This document shows positions 40,108 through 50,069 of a DNA stretch of 64,000 bases, one piece after another; within the stretch, counting starts at the first letter, position 1, and every line of letters starts with the position of its first letter. A model generated the notes under the pieces. It made no database searches, was not told where the DNA came from, and saw only the letters and a list, made by a program, of their open reading frames with translations. The position numbers and the translations under genes were made by a program. The stretch spans positions 224,001-288,000 of the forward strand of contig OY760142.1 of assembly GCA_963663225.1 (NCBI GenBank), in the 5' to 3' direction. This stretch comes from Nitrospirota bacterium (lineage in GTDB: Bacteria > Nitrospirota > UBA9217).

Positions 40108-41007
40108 ATGTATATTGTCTTTCTTATTATCGTGACCATAGGACTTATCGCTACAGCGGCCTATTTTTCGGTATTCGGTATTGCAAGCATGTTCGCGTAC
40201 AACTATATACCGGCCATGATCATGGGCATTACACTGGAAGCGGGGAAAATCGGGGTTGCAGTCTATCTTTTCCGCTACTGGAAACCGATGACCCGCCTGT
40301 TTAAGAGCATTCTCATCGTATTCCTTGTCCTGCTTATGTTCATCACATCGGTCGGTATATTCGGGTTTTTGAGCCAAGGCTATCAAAAAACATCAGAGGA
40401 ATTCAATGTTCTCTCTCTCGAACTTAAGACTTTGGAAGATGAATACAAGATCAAGAAAACGCGGATGGAAGAAATAAACAGCCAGGTAACTTTTCTGCCG
40501 TCAGACTCCGTGACGAACAAAATACGCCTCAACAGAGAATTCAGCGATGAACAGGCCGAAATACGGGATCGTCTGGCCAGTCTTGAACCGCGCATCCAGG
40601 CATTGAAGGTTAAACGTCTTGCGTATGAATCTCATATCGGCCCGATTGCCTATGTCGCCCGCATGCTGAATGCCCCCCAGGACAATGTGGTCTTTTTTGC
40701 CATTCTGGTGCTCGTTTTTGTTGCCGACCCGCTGGCCATTACGCTTACCATCGCCAGCAATATGGTGCTGATTCGCTACTGGGAGCATGCGCGACCGCGA
40801 CCCAGCGCCGCAGGTTCGCGTTCCCCCATGGTATTTGAAAATTATCTGACCAAAATATGGACCACGACCGTGGAAGCGTTCAGAAATACCGTGAAAAAAC
40901 GGCGCATGAGAATAGCTGCCAGAAAAAAAATGGCTGCTGCCGCCGCTCAAGCAAAGACAAAACAACAACGAAGCAAAACCAGGAAAAAAGGAAGAGGCAA
41001 GGAATAG
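40108..41007 (+). CDS. Membrane protein (3 TM, coiled coil, TM, basic tail) resembling a family common in large tailed phages
   Basis: AAYFSVFG, LEAGK, ITSVGIFGFLS, IGPIAYVA, VFVADPLAI motifs (family recalled, not searched). Confidence 0.6.
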   Translation: MYIVFLIIVTIGLIATAAYFSVFGIASMFAYNYIPAMIMGITLEAGKIGVAVYLFRYWKPMTRLFKSILIVFLVLLMFITSVGIFGFLSQGYQKTSEEFNVLSLELKTLEDEYKIKKTRMEEINSQVTFLPSDSVTNKIRLNREFSDEQAEIRDRLASLEPRIQALKVKRLAYESHIGPIAYVARMLNAPQDNVVFFAILVLVFVADPLAITLTIASNMVLIRYWEHARPRPSAAGSRSPMVFENYLTKIWTTTVEAFRNTVKKRRMRIAARKKMAAAAAQAKTKQQRSKTRKKGRGKE

Positions 41008-41030
41008 AACACGCTGAAAGCGAGAAAACC

Positions 41031-41711
41031 ATGAAAAGAGCCCTCCTGATCCTGCTCCTGTTTGCAACCGGCTGCGCTACCCTTTCTACCCCTGCACCCG
41101 TCAGTCCCGTTGCCCGAACCGATTCGAAACCGCAGGTTGCGGCACCAGTGCCTCAGGAAATAAAAGAACCGCCCGCAACACAGGAAACAGCTGTGAAGAT
41201 GCCGCCGTCGCCGTTCACTGCGCAGCCTGCTCCTTCTCCGGAACCTCCGGCACCATCCCTATTACAAGACAGCACCGCACCGTCAAAAGAAACGCTTCCT
41301 CCTGCTGTACCTCAGAAACAAGAGAAAACTTCCCGCGCATCCAGAGACTTGCCGGTTCCTGATTACAAATTGCAGGGACTGGTGAACCTCGCTTTGAAAA
41401 ACGACGATAAAATAATGAATGTGTTCGTGGGAATGGACAAAAAAACGGTCGAAGACGTCATGGGCGGAGGACAGAACCCCTTTAAGCGCCAAACGGTAAC
41501 CGGCATCGACAATCAAAAATATGAAATCCTGTACTATCTCACCCGGGAACCCCGGAAAGGCCGCCCGATCACGGACCGGATGCTGACGCCTGTCATATTC
41601 AAAAAAGGAAGGGTCGCGGCCATCGGTGCCTATCACCTGAAAAAACTACTGCGAACAGGGACTCTTGGCCGCCAAAAGCCCGGAGCAGAAGCCCCTCCTG
41701 CCTCCTCATAA
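41031..41711 (+). CDS. Lipoprotein with Pro-rich linker and DUF3192-like C-terminal domain
   Basis: MKRALLILLLFATGC lipobox (start 41031), Pro-rich segment, GMDKKTV..MG..EILYY..TPVIFKKGRVAAIG. Confidence 0.65.
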   Translation: MKRALLILLLFATGCATLSTPAPVSPVARTDSKPQVAAPVPQEIKEPPATQETAVKMPPSPFTAQPAPSPEPPAPSLLQDSTAPSKETLPPAVPQKQEKTSRASRDLPVPDYKLQGLVNLALKNDDKIMNVFVGMDKKTVEDVMGGGQNPFKRQTVTGIDNQKYEILYYLTREPRKGRPITDRMLTPVIFKKGRVAAIGAYHLKKLLRTGTLGRQKPGAEAPPASS

Positions 41712-41875
41712 AATCACGTCATCCTGATGCGAGCATTTTTTCATCTGCCGGCAAAGACTCCGGTTCATATCTGAAAACAGGTATTGCCAATTGAGACCGC
41801 TGCGGAAACCCGCATTCTCTAAGCTGCCTGGCTGATCACCATCGACAATTCCATTCCTGTTGTACTGCGAAATGC

Positions 41876-41941
41876 ATAATAAATTTTTATCGCAACTATA
41901 AAAACAATTAATTTTATTTATATTACAGCAATGGATATAAT
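41876..41941 (+). promoter_or_regulatory. LysR-type binding box and -10 element upstream of MFS gene
   Basis: ATAA-N7-TTAT (41876-90), a second AT-rich site after it, TATAAT at 41936-41. Confidence 0.4.
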
Positions 41942-42088
41942 ACCGGGGTTATGAACAAATCGGCTCTCGTTCGGGGTTCCGCGCATTCCGTCAGACAGAT
42001 GCACAAAACGCCATTATGAGACCTAAGAGATCTGTTCGCCATACAAAGCAGACGAAAAACAAACTCAATTTACATCCTTGGAGATATC

Positions 42089-43306
42089 ATGCCGCAGAAA
42101 TCGGAAATCAAATCGCCCGTTTCATCCTTCTTCAGACGTTGGAACGTATTGGCCATCGGCTGCGTCGCGCATATTGTTCATGACGGCATAACGGCCATGC
42201 TGTACATCCTTTTCCCCGTGTGGCAGGCTCAGCTCGCTCTCAGCTTTGCGCAGGTCGGTTTTCTGAAAATGCTTACGGACGGTGCCATATCTCTTTTTCA
42301 GATTCCGTCCGGATTGATGGCTGAACGCATTGGTGAGCGAAGAATGCTGCTCGCGGGAACGGTCCTGACCGGCCTGGCGGTGCTTTTTTTCGGATCGGCC
42401 ACAACCCTCCCCTTTCTCGCCTTCCTGCTGATCCTGAGCGGCGTAGGATCCAGCGTACAGCATCCGCTGGCCTCCAGTGTCATTTCCCATGCTTATCGGG
42501 GCACGGAGTTGCGAACAGCCCTGAGCTTTTATAATTTCTCGGGCGACATCGGGAAACTGGTCATTCCCGCTTTGGCCGCTTTTCTGCTCAGCAGGATCAG
42601 CTTTTCAGCAACAAGTCATTTCATCGCTGCATTCGGCTTGATTAGTGGTCCTGTGATCTACTTTGTTTTAAAGGACATGGCAACGCCCAGGTCCGAAGCT
42701 AAAAAGGAAGCATCGGTCATGCCACACCGGAAGCAACCGGTTCGTGCTATTGCAAATCCCGCTTTTCTTTCCCTGTCGTCCATCGGTTTTATCGACAGTG
42801 CGACCCGCACCGGATTTCTCACCTTTCTTCCGTTTATTCTTCGTGACAAAGGCGCCGGCATAGCGACCATGGGCCTCGCTTTCTCGCTTATTTTTGCCGG
42901 GGGAGCGGCGGGAAAATTCGTATGCGGGGTTCTTGCAACGCGAGTCGGAATTCTGCGGACAGTCTGCATAACGGAGCTGATAACAGCCGTATGCATCGGT
43001 TGCATGATCGTTCTCTCGCTCGAAAATTCCCTGATTCTTGCGCCGATTCTCGGAGTCGTTTTAAATGGCACCTCTTCCGTGCTGTATGGCAGCGTACCGG
43101 AACTGGTGCCGGATGATCAACGGCAGAGGGCTTTTTCAATTTTTTATACCATCACGATGGGTTCAGGCGCGCTTGCGCCCTTTTTCTTCGGCTTTCTGAG
43201 TGATAGTACCGGGGTGATTATTGCGGTGGCGATTGTCGCTGTTCTTGTTTTGACGGTTCTTCCGTTAACGATTCCGTTGCGGGGAAAGCTGGCAGACAAT
43301 TGTTAG
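42089..43306 (+). CDS. MFS transporter
   Basis: About 12 TM segments, HIVHDG, SVQHPLAS, GDIGK, LNGTSSVLYG. Confidence 0.88.
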   Translation: MPQKSEIKSPVSSFFRRWNVLAIGCVAHIVHDGITAMLYILFPVWQAQLALSFAQVGFLKMLTDGAISLFQIPSGLMAERIGERRMLLAGTVLTGLAVLFFGSATTLPFLAFLLILSGVGSSVQHPLASSVISHAYRGTELRTALSFYNFSGDIGKLVIPALAAFLLSRISFSATSHFIAAFGLISGPVIYFVLKDMATPRSEAKKEASVMPHRKQPVRAIANPAFLSLSSIGFIDSATRTGFLTFLPFILRDKGAGIATMGLAFSLIFAGGAAGKFVCGVLATRVGILRTVCITELITAVCIGCMIVLSLENSLILAPILGVVLNGTSSVLYGSVPELVPDDQRQRAFSIFYTITMGSGALAPFFFGFLSDSTGVIIAVAIVAVLVLTVLPLTIPLRGKLADNC

Positions 43307-43396
43307 GATTCGCAGGAGATAGACGGCCTTTTGTTTAGCCGATCTTTTTTCAGAAAGACGAAGGGTATCGGGTGAAGTTGCTCTGTGAGGTCCCGG

Positions 43397-44635
43397 TCAG
43401 TTCAGTTTTGCGATATTGCGCCGTACCGTTGCCACTGCCTGAAGCGGAGTTTCGGGAGTGTCGCGCAGTACAAACGCATTTTTTGTTGCCGTCCGGTAAA
43501 ACAGGGACGATGCATCGCGTGCACGGGAAGGCTGAAAAGCCGCATCCGCGGGAACCACAGCGTGTCCCGCTCCTGCTTCATACTCATCAGCGAAAAACGT
43601 AAAATCAGACAAAAACGGCATCAGCGTGCCAAGCTGTTCCATGCGCCCTTGTTTCTCCCCCGGTGTATCGCCGTAAGAAGCGAACGATACCGTCAGGGCC
43701 TTCGCCCCTTCAAGTACCGACGAACTATTATCCTGGCAGTCCAGTGAAAGGACCATAAACTCCTGGGGCCGTGAATACTCCGGCAAATACAGGACATCAG
43801 CTGACATCCCCAGGGGAACTACTTCCTCCAGAAGCCCCACGAACAACATTGGCTTCCGTTGACGCGGCAGCGTGTTGAAAAGAACCGTACCCGCTTCCAG
43901 CATGCCTTTGCCGGTCTCGATCCCTACCGTACCATGAGCAGGGAATGAAATTGACGGCGAACTCTCATTGTACAAAACCTCTCCGCCGTGCTGCAGGACG
44001 ATGCGATATAATTCATCGCCGAATTTTTTGAACCCTCCATCCAGATGAAGCGGCGGAGTGCAGCATAATGTTGTCAGGGTCGCCACGGAAAGGTCTGTTA
44101 CTGGTTTTTGAAAGAAAAAACGGGATTGAATATCAAAAAAAGCGATCAATTCTTTGCTCAGGCCATATCGGGAGAAATAGCCGGCTGAAGAACGGTGGCG
44201 CGAAAGAAAAGCGACAACACGGTTATTGGCCATTTTCTTTGCAAGACCTTCGATGTCCTGGTAGAATCGGGCGACGCGGTCGATCTCCCGGCGAAATTCT
44301 CTCCGTATTTCCTCAAGCGTCTCTGCAGCATTCGCATACACGGTAAGCCGGTGATCCGGAAGCGCCACTTGATAGCAGGGAGAAGGGACCGACACGTTCT
44401 GCTTAATGCCAAGAGAGGCGGAAAGCTCCCGAAACAGCCCTCCCTGCTCGAAGCCGTACGACAAGGCCGGTCCGGTAGAAAAGACAAAACCGTCCTTTTC
44501 AATCACGCCCACGGCATTTCCCAAAGAAGCGCCCTGCTCAATGACAATGGTCTTCTTATTCTGGCTGGACAACAAAGCTGCGGCAGTCAGTCCGCCGAGT
44601 CCGGCGCCGAGTATGGCGACGTCATATTTCTGCAT
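43397..44635 (-). CDS. FAD-dependent oxidoreductase, phytoene-dehydrogenase-like
   Basis: DVAILGAGLGGL..A..L Rossmann motif, DGFVFSTG, GGF motif. Confidence 0.7.
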   Translation of the reverse strand: MQKYDVAILGAGLGGLTAAALLSSQNKKTIVIEQGASLGNAVGVIEKDGFVFSTGPALSYGFEQGGLFRELSASLGIKQNVSVPSPCYQVALPDHRLTVYANAAETLEEIRREFRREIDRVARFYQDIEGLAKKMANNRVVAFLSRHRSSAGYFSRYGLSKELIAFFDIQSRFFFQKPVTDLSVATLTTLCCTPPLHLDGGFKKFGDELYRIVLQHGGEVLYNESSPSISFPAHGTVGIETGKGMLEAGTVLFNTLPRQRKPMLFVGLLEEVVPLGMSADVLYLPEYSRPQEFMVLSLDCQDNSSSVLEGAKALTVSFASYGDTPGEKQGRMEQLGTLMPFLSDFTFFADEYEAGAGHAVVPADAAFQPSRARDASSLFYRTATKNAFVLRDTPETPLQAVATVRRNIAKLN

Positions 44636-44671
44636 ATCGCCTCCAAAGGGTACCAGTCTATTATAAAGGAA

Positions 44672-45679
44672 TCAGGCCAGAAAATCGAGCAGAGAATTGG
44701 AAAGAATTTTTGCTGAAGATTCACGAAGTGCCGTAAGCACCGCTTCACTCTGTTTCAGCTTGGCGGCCGTTTCCGTGCTGTTGTCGTCCATGATCGTTGA
44801 AAGAGAATTTTTCAGGTTCAGATTGTTGTCCGTCAGGATGCTTGTCTGGTCATCAAGCCGGTTCATCCACGCGCCCACGTTCGCCTGTACGTTCGTGATC
44901 TGCTGCAGGGCAGTATCAAAAGGCTTAATCAATGCCTGGACCCTGAGCGTATTGTCACTCGAAATTGCGGAACTAAGCGTGTCCGTCATTTGAATTACGT
45001 TGGAGAAACTGAATGTGTCAAGCACGGTCGTGTCGTCAGTGCCCCGAATTTCCACATTGATTGTGGTTCCCGCCCCTTGCGTATAATGAGCATACTGCCC
45101 GCTGCCCAGTTTGACCACCTCCGGCGAGCTCAGTGTATAACTGAACGCAGTGCTTCCCGGAACATTTACCGGAATGGTCGCCCCTTTGGCTATCTGTACA
45201 TTCATGTTTCCGGCATCGCCCTGATACGCGTAGGTCGAGGAATTATAGGCCTGCAGGTTCGTCCTGTATCCGGAAAAAATATTTCTTCCCCTGAATTCGC
45301 TGTTCGTCAGGCTCAGCAATTGATCACGCAGCTGTGTTGTGGTCTGGACCAGTGTTGATTTGGTCGTGGCATCAAGCTCCCCGTTCTGCGCAGAGACCGC
45401 GTCCGTCTTTACCTCCTGAAGCGCGCTTGAAATGGATCCAAGGATCGTGTTGGCATACGTAAGCTGTGACGAAGCCTCATCAATATTTCTGGAATACTGG
45501 TTGTTTGCGCTGATGCTTACATTATAATCCATCGCACGGGAAAGACCGGAAACATCATCTGAAGGTTTGTTTATTTTTTTGGTGCTCGCAATGCGTTCAT
45601 TGAGCGTCGCATAATCATTCAGATTTTTTTCGAGCGACTTCGTAAGCTTATTTAAAACCATGAAGGGGGTTATTCTCAT
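44672..45679 (-). CDS. flgL: Flagellar hook-associated protein 3
   Basis: MRIT, KKINKPSDD, NIFSG, SLLDFL. Follows flgK. Confidence 0.93.
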   Translation of the reverse strand: MRITPFMVLNKLTKSLEKNLNDYATLNERIASTKKINKPSDDVSGLSRAMDYNVSISANNQYSRNIDEASSQLTYANTILGSISSALQEVKTDAVSAQNGELDATTKSTLVQTTTQLRDQLLSLTNSEFRGRNIFSGYRTNLQAYNSSTYAYQGDAGNMNVQIAKGATIPVNVPGSTAFSYTLSSPEVVKLGSGQYAHYTQGAGTTINVEIRGTDDTTVLDTFSFSNVIQMTDTLSSAISSDNTLRVQALIKPFDTALQQITNVQANVGAWMNRLDDQTSILTDNNLNLKNSLSTIMDDNSTETAAKLKQSEAVLTALRESSAKILSNSLLDFLA

Positions 45680-47292
45680 AGATTAATCACCGTTTGCAGG
45701 AGCTCGTCGGTTATCTGTATCAATTTTGCTCCGGCCTCGTACGCCCGCTGATACTTGATAAGGTTCGCGGCTTCTTCATCAAGAGAAACCCCGGACACCG
45801 AGTCGCGCTGGTTCGTAATCTCCGTGAGAAGATTCTGTTCAAACGTGCTGGCGTCTGAAGCGGCCTGGCTCAAGGAACCGATTCCGGAGACAATCCCTGC
45901 GTAATACTCGGAAAACGTATTGCTGCTGAGATCGGATATCGAAGCGCCGGACGCCTGTGCAATCTGAAGCGCAATCGTGTTGTCCCCCGGCAGTCCTGTT
46001 GTAGAAGAAGCAGCCGCGATTTCGTTCGTGTCGGTAATTGCAACACCAAAATTCTTGATCGCATCGGTCAACGGGCTGACGCCGAACGTATCCGTATCAG
46101 TAACCGCTCCCGTAATCGTGACCTGGATTCCGTCAACGTTGATGGCGTTGCCGGAAACATAAGCCCCGGTTGCTGCAACAGACCCTGTTTGTTTGTCCGT
46201 TACCGTATAATTCCCTCCGGAAAAGCTGATGGTATATTCATTCAGATTCACCTGCGTTAAATCCGTGATGGATGCAGTTATAGCCGCGCCGGCAGAATAG
46301 TTTGTCGTGGATACCTGCAGGGAATTGAAAAAATCAATCCCATGGGATGAATCAAGACCGTATCCCGACTCATGCAGGAGATTGATTTCTTTTGTTACCG
46401 AGGCAACGAGCTTTCTCAGCCCGTACAACGACGTTGAGGTGACTTCACTGTTGGCGGTAAGCAGGCCTCCGATTTCGCCTCCGGTGACCATCGAGGTAAT
46501 ATTGGTATTATCAATGGTCAGCTGCTTATTTCCATCCTGATCCAGCGAGGAGGAAAGCGCGTTTGTTGATGTCCCTGCAACGAGATTTTTCATCCCAATG
46601 GTCACCGTCAACGCACCGTTCTGATCTTCATAGGAAGCATTGCTGACGAGGCTCGAAAGCTGATTCATAAGCTGGTTCCGGCTGTCCCGGAGATCGTTTG
46701 CCCGCACGCCGGTGTTGCCCGCTTCCTCCGCTACGATTTTGCCGTTCAATGCGGCGATTTGCGATGCAATCGAATTGATCTGCTTGACGGCGTCGTCAAC
46801 ACCCACGGTTGTCTGTTTGAGTATTTGCAGGGTGCTGCTCTCCATGGTCTGGGCGGCGGAAACAAGAACACCCGCTTTCTGGAGCAGTACTGAGCGTGCG
46901 GCCTGGGACGTTGGGTCCGAAGCAACATCATTCCAGGCATCAAAATAGTCTGAAAGCGGTGTCGAAAGACCAATGCTTTGCGATTCATTGAATATTTGCT
47001 CAACTTGGCTCAGCATCTGGCTGAGGGTGTCAGAGCGGCCCACATTCTGCTCCTGTAGCAGCAGCTGTGCCTGGATAAACTTGTCTGAAGAGCTTTGAAT
47101 GCCCTGAACGGTCACGCCCATCCCCATGTAGTTGTTCCCCATCGTGACGGGCGTCGAGATGGCAAGAACCACGGACTGCCTGCTGTAGCCGGGCGTGTTT
47201 GCGTTCGCAATATTATTGCTGGTCACGCTCAGTCCGGCCTGGCTGGCATTCAGGGCAGAAGTTCCGATATTGAGCAACCCGTACAGAGACAA
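45676..47292 (-). CDS. flgK: Flagellar hook-associated protein 1
   Basis: NNIANANTPGYSRQ, NDLRDSR, SGVSLDEEAANLIKYQRAY. Confidence 0.95.
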   Translation of the reverse strand: MSLYGLLNIGTSALNASQAGLSVTSNNIANANTPGYSRQSVVLAISTPVTMGNNYMGMGVTVQGIQSSSDKFIQAQLLLQEQNVGRSDTLSQMLSQVEQIFNESQSIGLSTPLSDYFDAWNDVASDPTSQAARSVLLQKAGVLVSAAQTMESSTLQILKQTTVGVDDAVKQINSIASQIAALNGKIVAEEAGNTGVRANDLRDSRNQLMNQLSSLVSNASYEDQNGALTVTIGMKNLVAGTSTNALSSSLDQDGNKQLTIDNTNITSMVTGGEIGGLLTANSEVTSTSLYGLRKLVASVTKEINLLHESGYGLDSSHGIDFFNSLQVSTTNYSAGAAITASITDLTQVNLNEYTISFSGGNYTVTDKQTGSVAATGAYVSGNAINVDGIQVTITGAVTDTDTFGVSPLTDAIKNFGVAITDTNEIAAASSTTGLPGDNTIALQIAQASGASISDLSSNTFSEYYAGIVSGIGSLSQAASDASTFEQNLLTEITNQRDSVSGVSLDEEAANLIKYQRAYEAGAKLIQITDELLQTVINL

Positions 47293-47748
47293 TCAAGCCT
47301 CCCGTGACAAAACCGCGCCGGTCTTTTTCCTGTCGGCAGTCATGCGAAAAGAATCGAGAAAAACAAGATTTCTCCGCACAAAATTGACCGAGCGTTCTAT
47401 CAGAATTTTATTGAATTCGTTAAACTCCGATATGGCCTGTATGAGCGAGAGCATCTGCGACCGTAATGTTGCATAGTCAGCGTCACCCGTCGCTATGTGA
47501 AGCTTCTTCAGCGTCATTTCTTCAGTGATCCCCTGTTCGCGGGCAAATGCCTGCACCAGGCGTATCCGCTCTTCCTCCAGCAACCGGAGCTTGAGCATAA
47601 TGGTGTCTTTGCCTTTCGCAAGCGTCTCAACGCCTTCAGGATTGAAATGGACAAGACATTCACGCTCCCGTTGAAGCACTTCGAGAAGCGTGCGGTACGT
47701 TTCGATTTGCTCTCCGAGAATTTTTTTTATACGATCAGCTGTATTCAT
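47293..47748 (-). CDS. flgN: Flagellar export chaperone
   Basis: Helical 151-aa protein between flgM and flgK, NEFNKILIERS. Confidence 0.8.
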   Translation of the reverse strand: MNTADRIKKILGEQIETYRTLLEVLQRERECLVHFNPEGVETLAKGKDTIMLKLRLLEEERIRLVQAFAREQGITEEMTLKKLHIATGDADYATLRSQMLSLIQAISEFNEFNKILIERSVNFVRRNLVFLDSFRMTADRKKTGAVLSREA

Positions 47749-48044
47749 ATCTCTTTCAGCATTTTATCCGCTATTTTGTTGGGATCAATCGTATAGGTAC
47801 CTGCTTCCAACGAACTCCGGATCGCATTCACTTTATCGTCACGAACTTCCGGCATCTGGTTGATGACCGACATGAGATCAGCCACTTCCTTGCCGGTATT
47901 CGAAATTTCCACCCGGTCGACCTGCGATTTGGGCTGGTTCTGAACGGTTTTTTCTTTGGAGTCAGTTTTTTCTATATTTTTCGGTATGTTCTGGGCTATC
48001 CGATTCAGTTCTTGTCCATCCGGACCATTGCTCGATATTTTCAT
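47745..48044 (-). CDS. flgM: Anti-sigma28 factor
   Basis: DRVEIS, VRDDKVNAIRSSLEAGTYTIDPNKIADKML. Confidence 0.93.
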   Translation of the reverse strand: MKISSNGPDGQELNRIAQNIPKNIEKTDSKEKTVQNQPKSQVDRVEISNTGKEVADLMSVINQMPEVRDDKVNAIRSSLEAGTYTIDPNKIADKMLKEI

Positions 48045-48063
48045 GGAGTCCTCCTCTGCGTGT

Positions 48064-48885
48064 TCATGCTTCAGCTTCTGCCGTACTTATCGGCACATCC
48101 TTCTGAATCTTTAAATTTTTTCCCCCAAGAACGAGCACCGGATTAACGTCTGCGCCATTGTAAATAACCTCAAAATGCGTATGAGAACCTGTTGATTTTC
48201 CTGTGTTTCCGACCTTCGCAATTACGGTATTGCTGGTGACTGTCTCCCCTTCCTGGACCAGATTGGTTTTGTTGTGAGCATATTTTGTCACAAAACCGTC
48301 TCCGTGGTCAACGATTACAACATTACCATATCCCGTCTGCGTCCCGCTGAAAACCACCTTCCCTTGTTTGAGGGGATGTATATCACTGCCTTCGGGTGCC
48401 GCAACATCAAGCCCGTGATGAAACCTGTACGCCCCGGTAAACGGATCGGATCTCTGGCCGAAACCGGAGCTTATTTTGCCTCCCTGTACCGGAAGAGCCC
48501 CCTGGAGCGTGTTTGTATCCGTTTCTGAAAAATCTTTCGTGTTTTCCCCGCTGCCCGATATGGCTGTTTCATCACTGTCCTCGGAAGAACCTCCCGCTTT
48601 TCTCGCAATATCCTTCATCAGCATATCCTGCAGTCCGAGCCCCCGTTTTGCAATCAGCTTCGAAAGCTCCATATCAAACATGCTTGTGTAGGTGCTGGCG
48701 CCCAGCCCTTTTTCAGATGAACTATTCGAGGCTGCCCGCATGGCCTTTAAAAGCTCGTTCGCGAACATTGCCTCCATTTCCTGTGCAACTGCCTTGATCG
48801 CTTCGGAATCAGTCCTGCCGCGGTATTGCTCGATCGAAGCGGTTGAAGCAGTGCTTGTTTCCATCGGATAATCGGGAATCTGCAT
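48064..48885 (-). CDS. flgJ: FlgJ rod-binding domain fused to M23 peptidase
   Basis: AQEMEAMF..LLKAMR rod-binding motif, HHGLD, YAH, STGSHTHFEV. Confidence 0.8.
   Translation of the reverse strand: MQIPDYPMETSTASTASIEQYRGRTDSEAIKAVAQEMEAMFANELLKAMRAASNSSSEKGLGASTYTSMFDMELSKLIAKRGLGLQDMLMKDIARKAGGSSEDSDETAISGSGENTKDFSETDTNTLQGALPVQGGKISSGFGQRSDPFTGAYRFHHGLDVAAPEGSDIHPLKQGKVVFSGTQTGYGNVVIVDHGDGFVTKYAHNKTNLVQEGETVTSNTVIAKVGNTGKSTGSHTHFEVIYNGADVNPVLVLGGKNLKIQKDVPISTAEAEA
48087..48113 (-). promoter_or_regulatory. sigma28 (FliA) promoter of flgMNKL
   Basis: Exact consensus TAAA-N15-GCCGATAA inside the 3' end of flgJ, about 40 bp before flgM. Confidence 0.9.
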
Positions 48886-50069
48886 CAGATTATCTCCAGT
48901 TCCGCTCTCAATGCGCCCGATGCTTTCAGCGCCTGCAGGATGGAAATAAGATCACGCGGCGTGACGCCAAGCGCATTCAGACCCCTGACAATCTCGCTGA
49001 GTGTTACACCCGATACTTCCATAAGCGATGCCTTCTGCTCTTTGACCGACACCTCTTTCTGCGGCACCACCACGGTCTCCGCTCCCTTGGGCGCAAACGG
49101 CGGAGGTTGAGAGACCTGTAATTCCGTCTTTATTTCCACGGTAAGACTGCCGTGGGAAATCGCGACCGGAGCGATCTTCACGGTGTCACCGACCACAACA
49201 GTTCCGGTCCTTTCATTTATTATCACCCGTGCAGGCGAGTCAACAGCCACATCGAGGACTTCAATGGCCGCGATCAGCTCCACAACTTTATCTTTATAGG
49301 AAGGAGGAATCTTGATCTTCACCGTTGCCGGATCTGCGGTCACCGCAGATTCTGAAGCTAACGCCTCATTAATTTTTCGCGTTACCAGAGAAGCGGTGCT
49401 GAAATCGGGCCGACTCAAAAACAGGCGAATTTCATTGCCGTCGCCCAGGGTGAATTGCGGTTCGTTTTCAACAATGGCTCCTCCGGGAACGTTCCCCGTT
49501 GTGAGATGGTTTTTTTGCGTGCTCGTTCCTCCGCCGCCTCCGATAAAACCTCCGATGGAGACGGGACCCTGGGCAAGGGCATAGACCTTGCCATCAGGGC
49601 CTTTGAGGGGGGACAAGAGCAAAGTGCCGCCCTGGAGGCTTTTCGCGTCTCCGAGAGCGGACACCAGGGCATCTATTTTGATGCCCGGTTTAGGAAACGG
49701 CGGAAGCGATGCGGTAACCACAACAGCCGCCACGTCTTTTGTTTTAATATTGTTCGGATCCACGGTAAGTCCCATTCGCTGAAGAATGTTTGCAATCCCT
49801 TGCGCGGTGGCGAGACCGGTGTCGCCTGTTCCCGGAAGGCCCATTACCAGCCCGTAACCCACCAGTTGGTTGGATCGCACTCCTTCAAAGGTCGCGATAT
49901 TCTTAATACGGTCCGCCGACGCCTGAACAGGAAACAAAACGACCGCGGCAACAATGCAGATGAGCGCGAGCAAGAGCGTTCCTTTTCGCCGTTGATCCGA
50001 CAAGCCTGTTATGTTAAAAAAAGAATGATTACTGATATTCATCATGCATGATTTCCCTAGAACGGCCAT
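48885..50069 (-). CDS. flgI: Flagellar P-ring protein (true start probably somewhat downstream)
   Basis: GVRSNQLVGYGLV.GL.GTGD, GDAKSLQGGTLL, NERTGTVV, LQALKASGAL. Confidence 0.95.
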   Translation of the reverse strand: MAVLGKSCMMNISNHSFFNITGLSDQRRKGTLLLALICIVAAVVLFPVQASADRIKNIATFEGVRSNQLVGYGLVMGLPGTGDTGLATAQGIANILQRMGLTVDPNNIKTKDVAAVVVTASLPPFPKPGIKIDALVSALGDAKSLQGGTLLLSPLKGPDGKVYALAQGPVSIGGFIGGGGGTSTQKNHLTTGNVPGGAIVENEPQFTLGDGNEIRLFLSRPDFSTASLVTRKINEALASESAVTADPATVKIKIPPSYKDKVVELIAAIEVLDVAVDSPARVIINERTGTVVVGDTVKIAPVAISHGSLTVEIKTELQVSQPPPFAPKGAETVVVPQKEVSVKEQKASLMEVSGVTLSEIVRGLNALGVTPRDLISILQALKASGALRAELEII

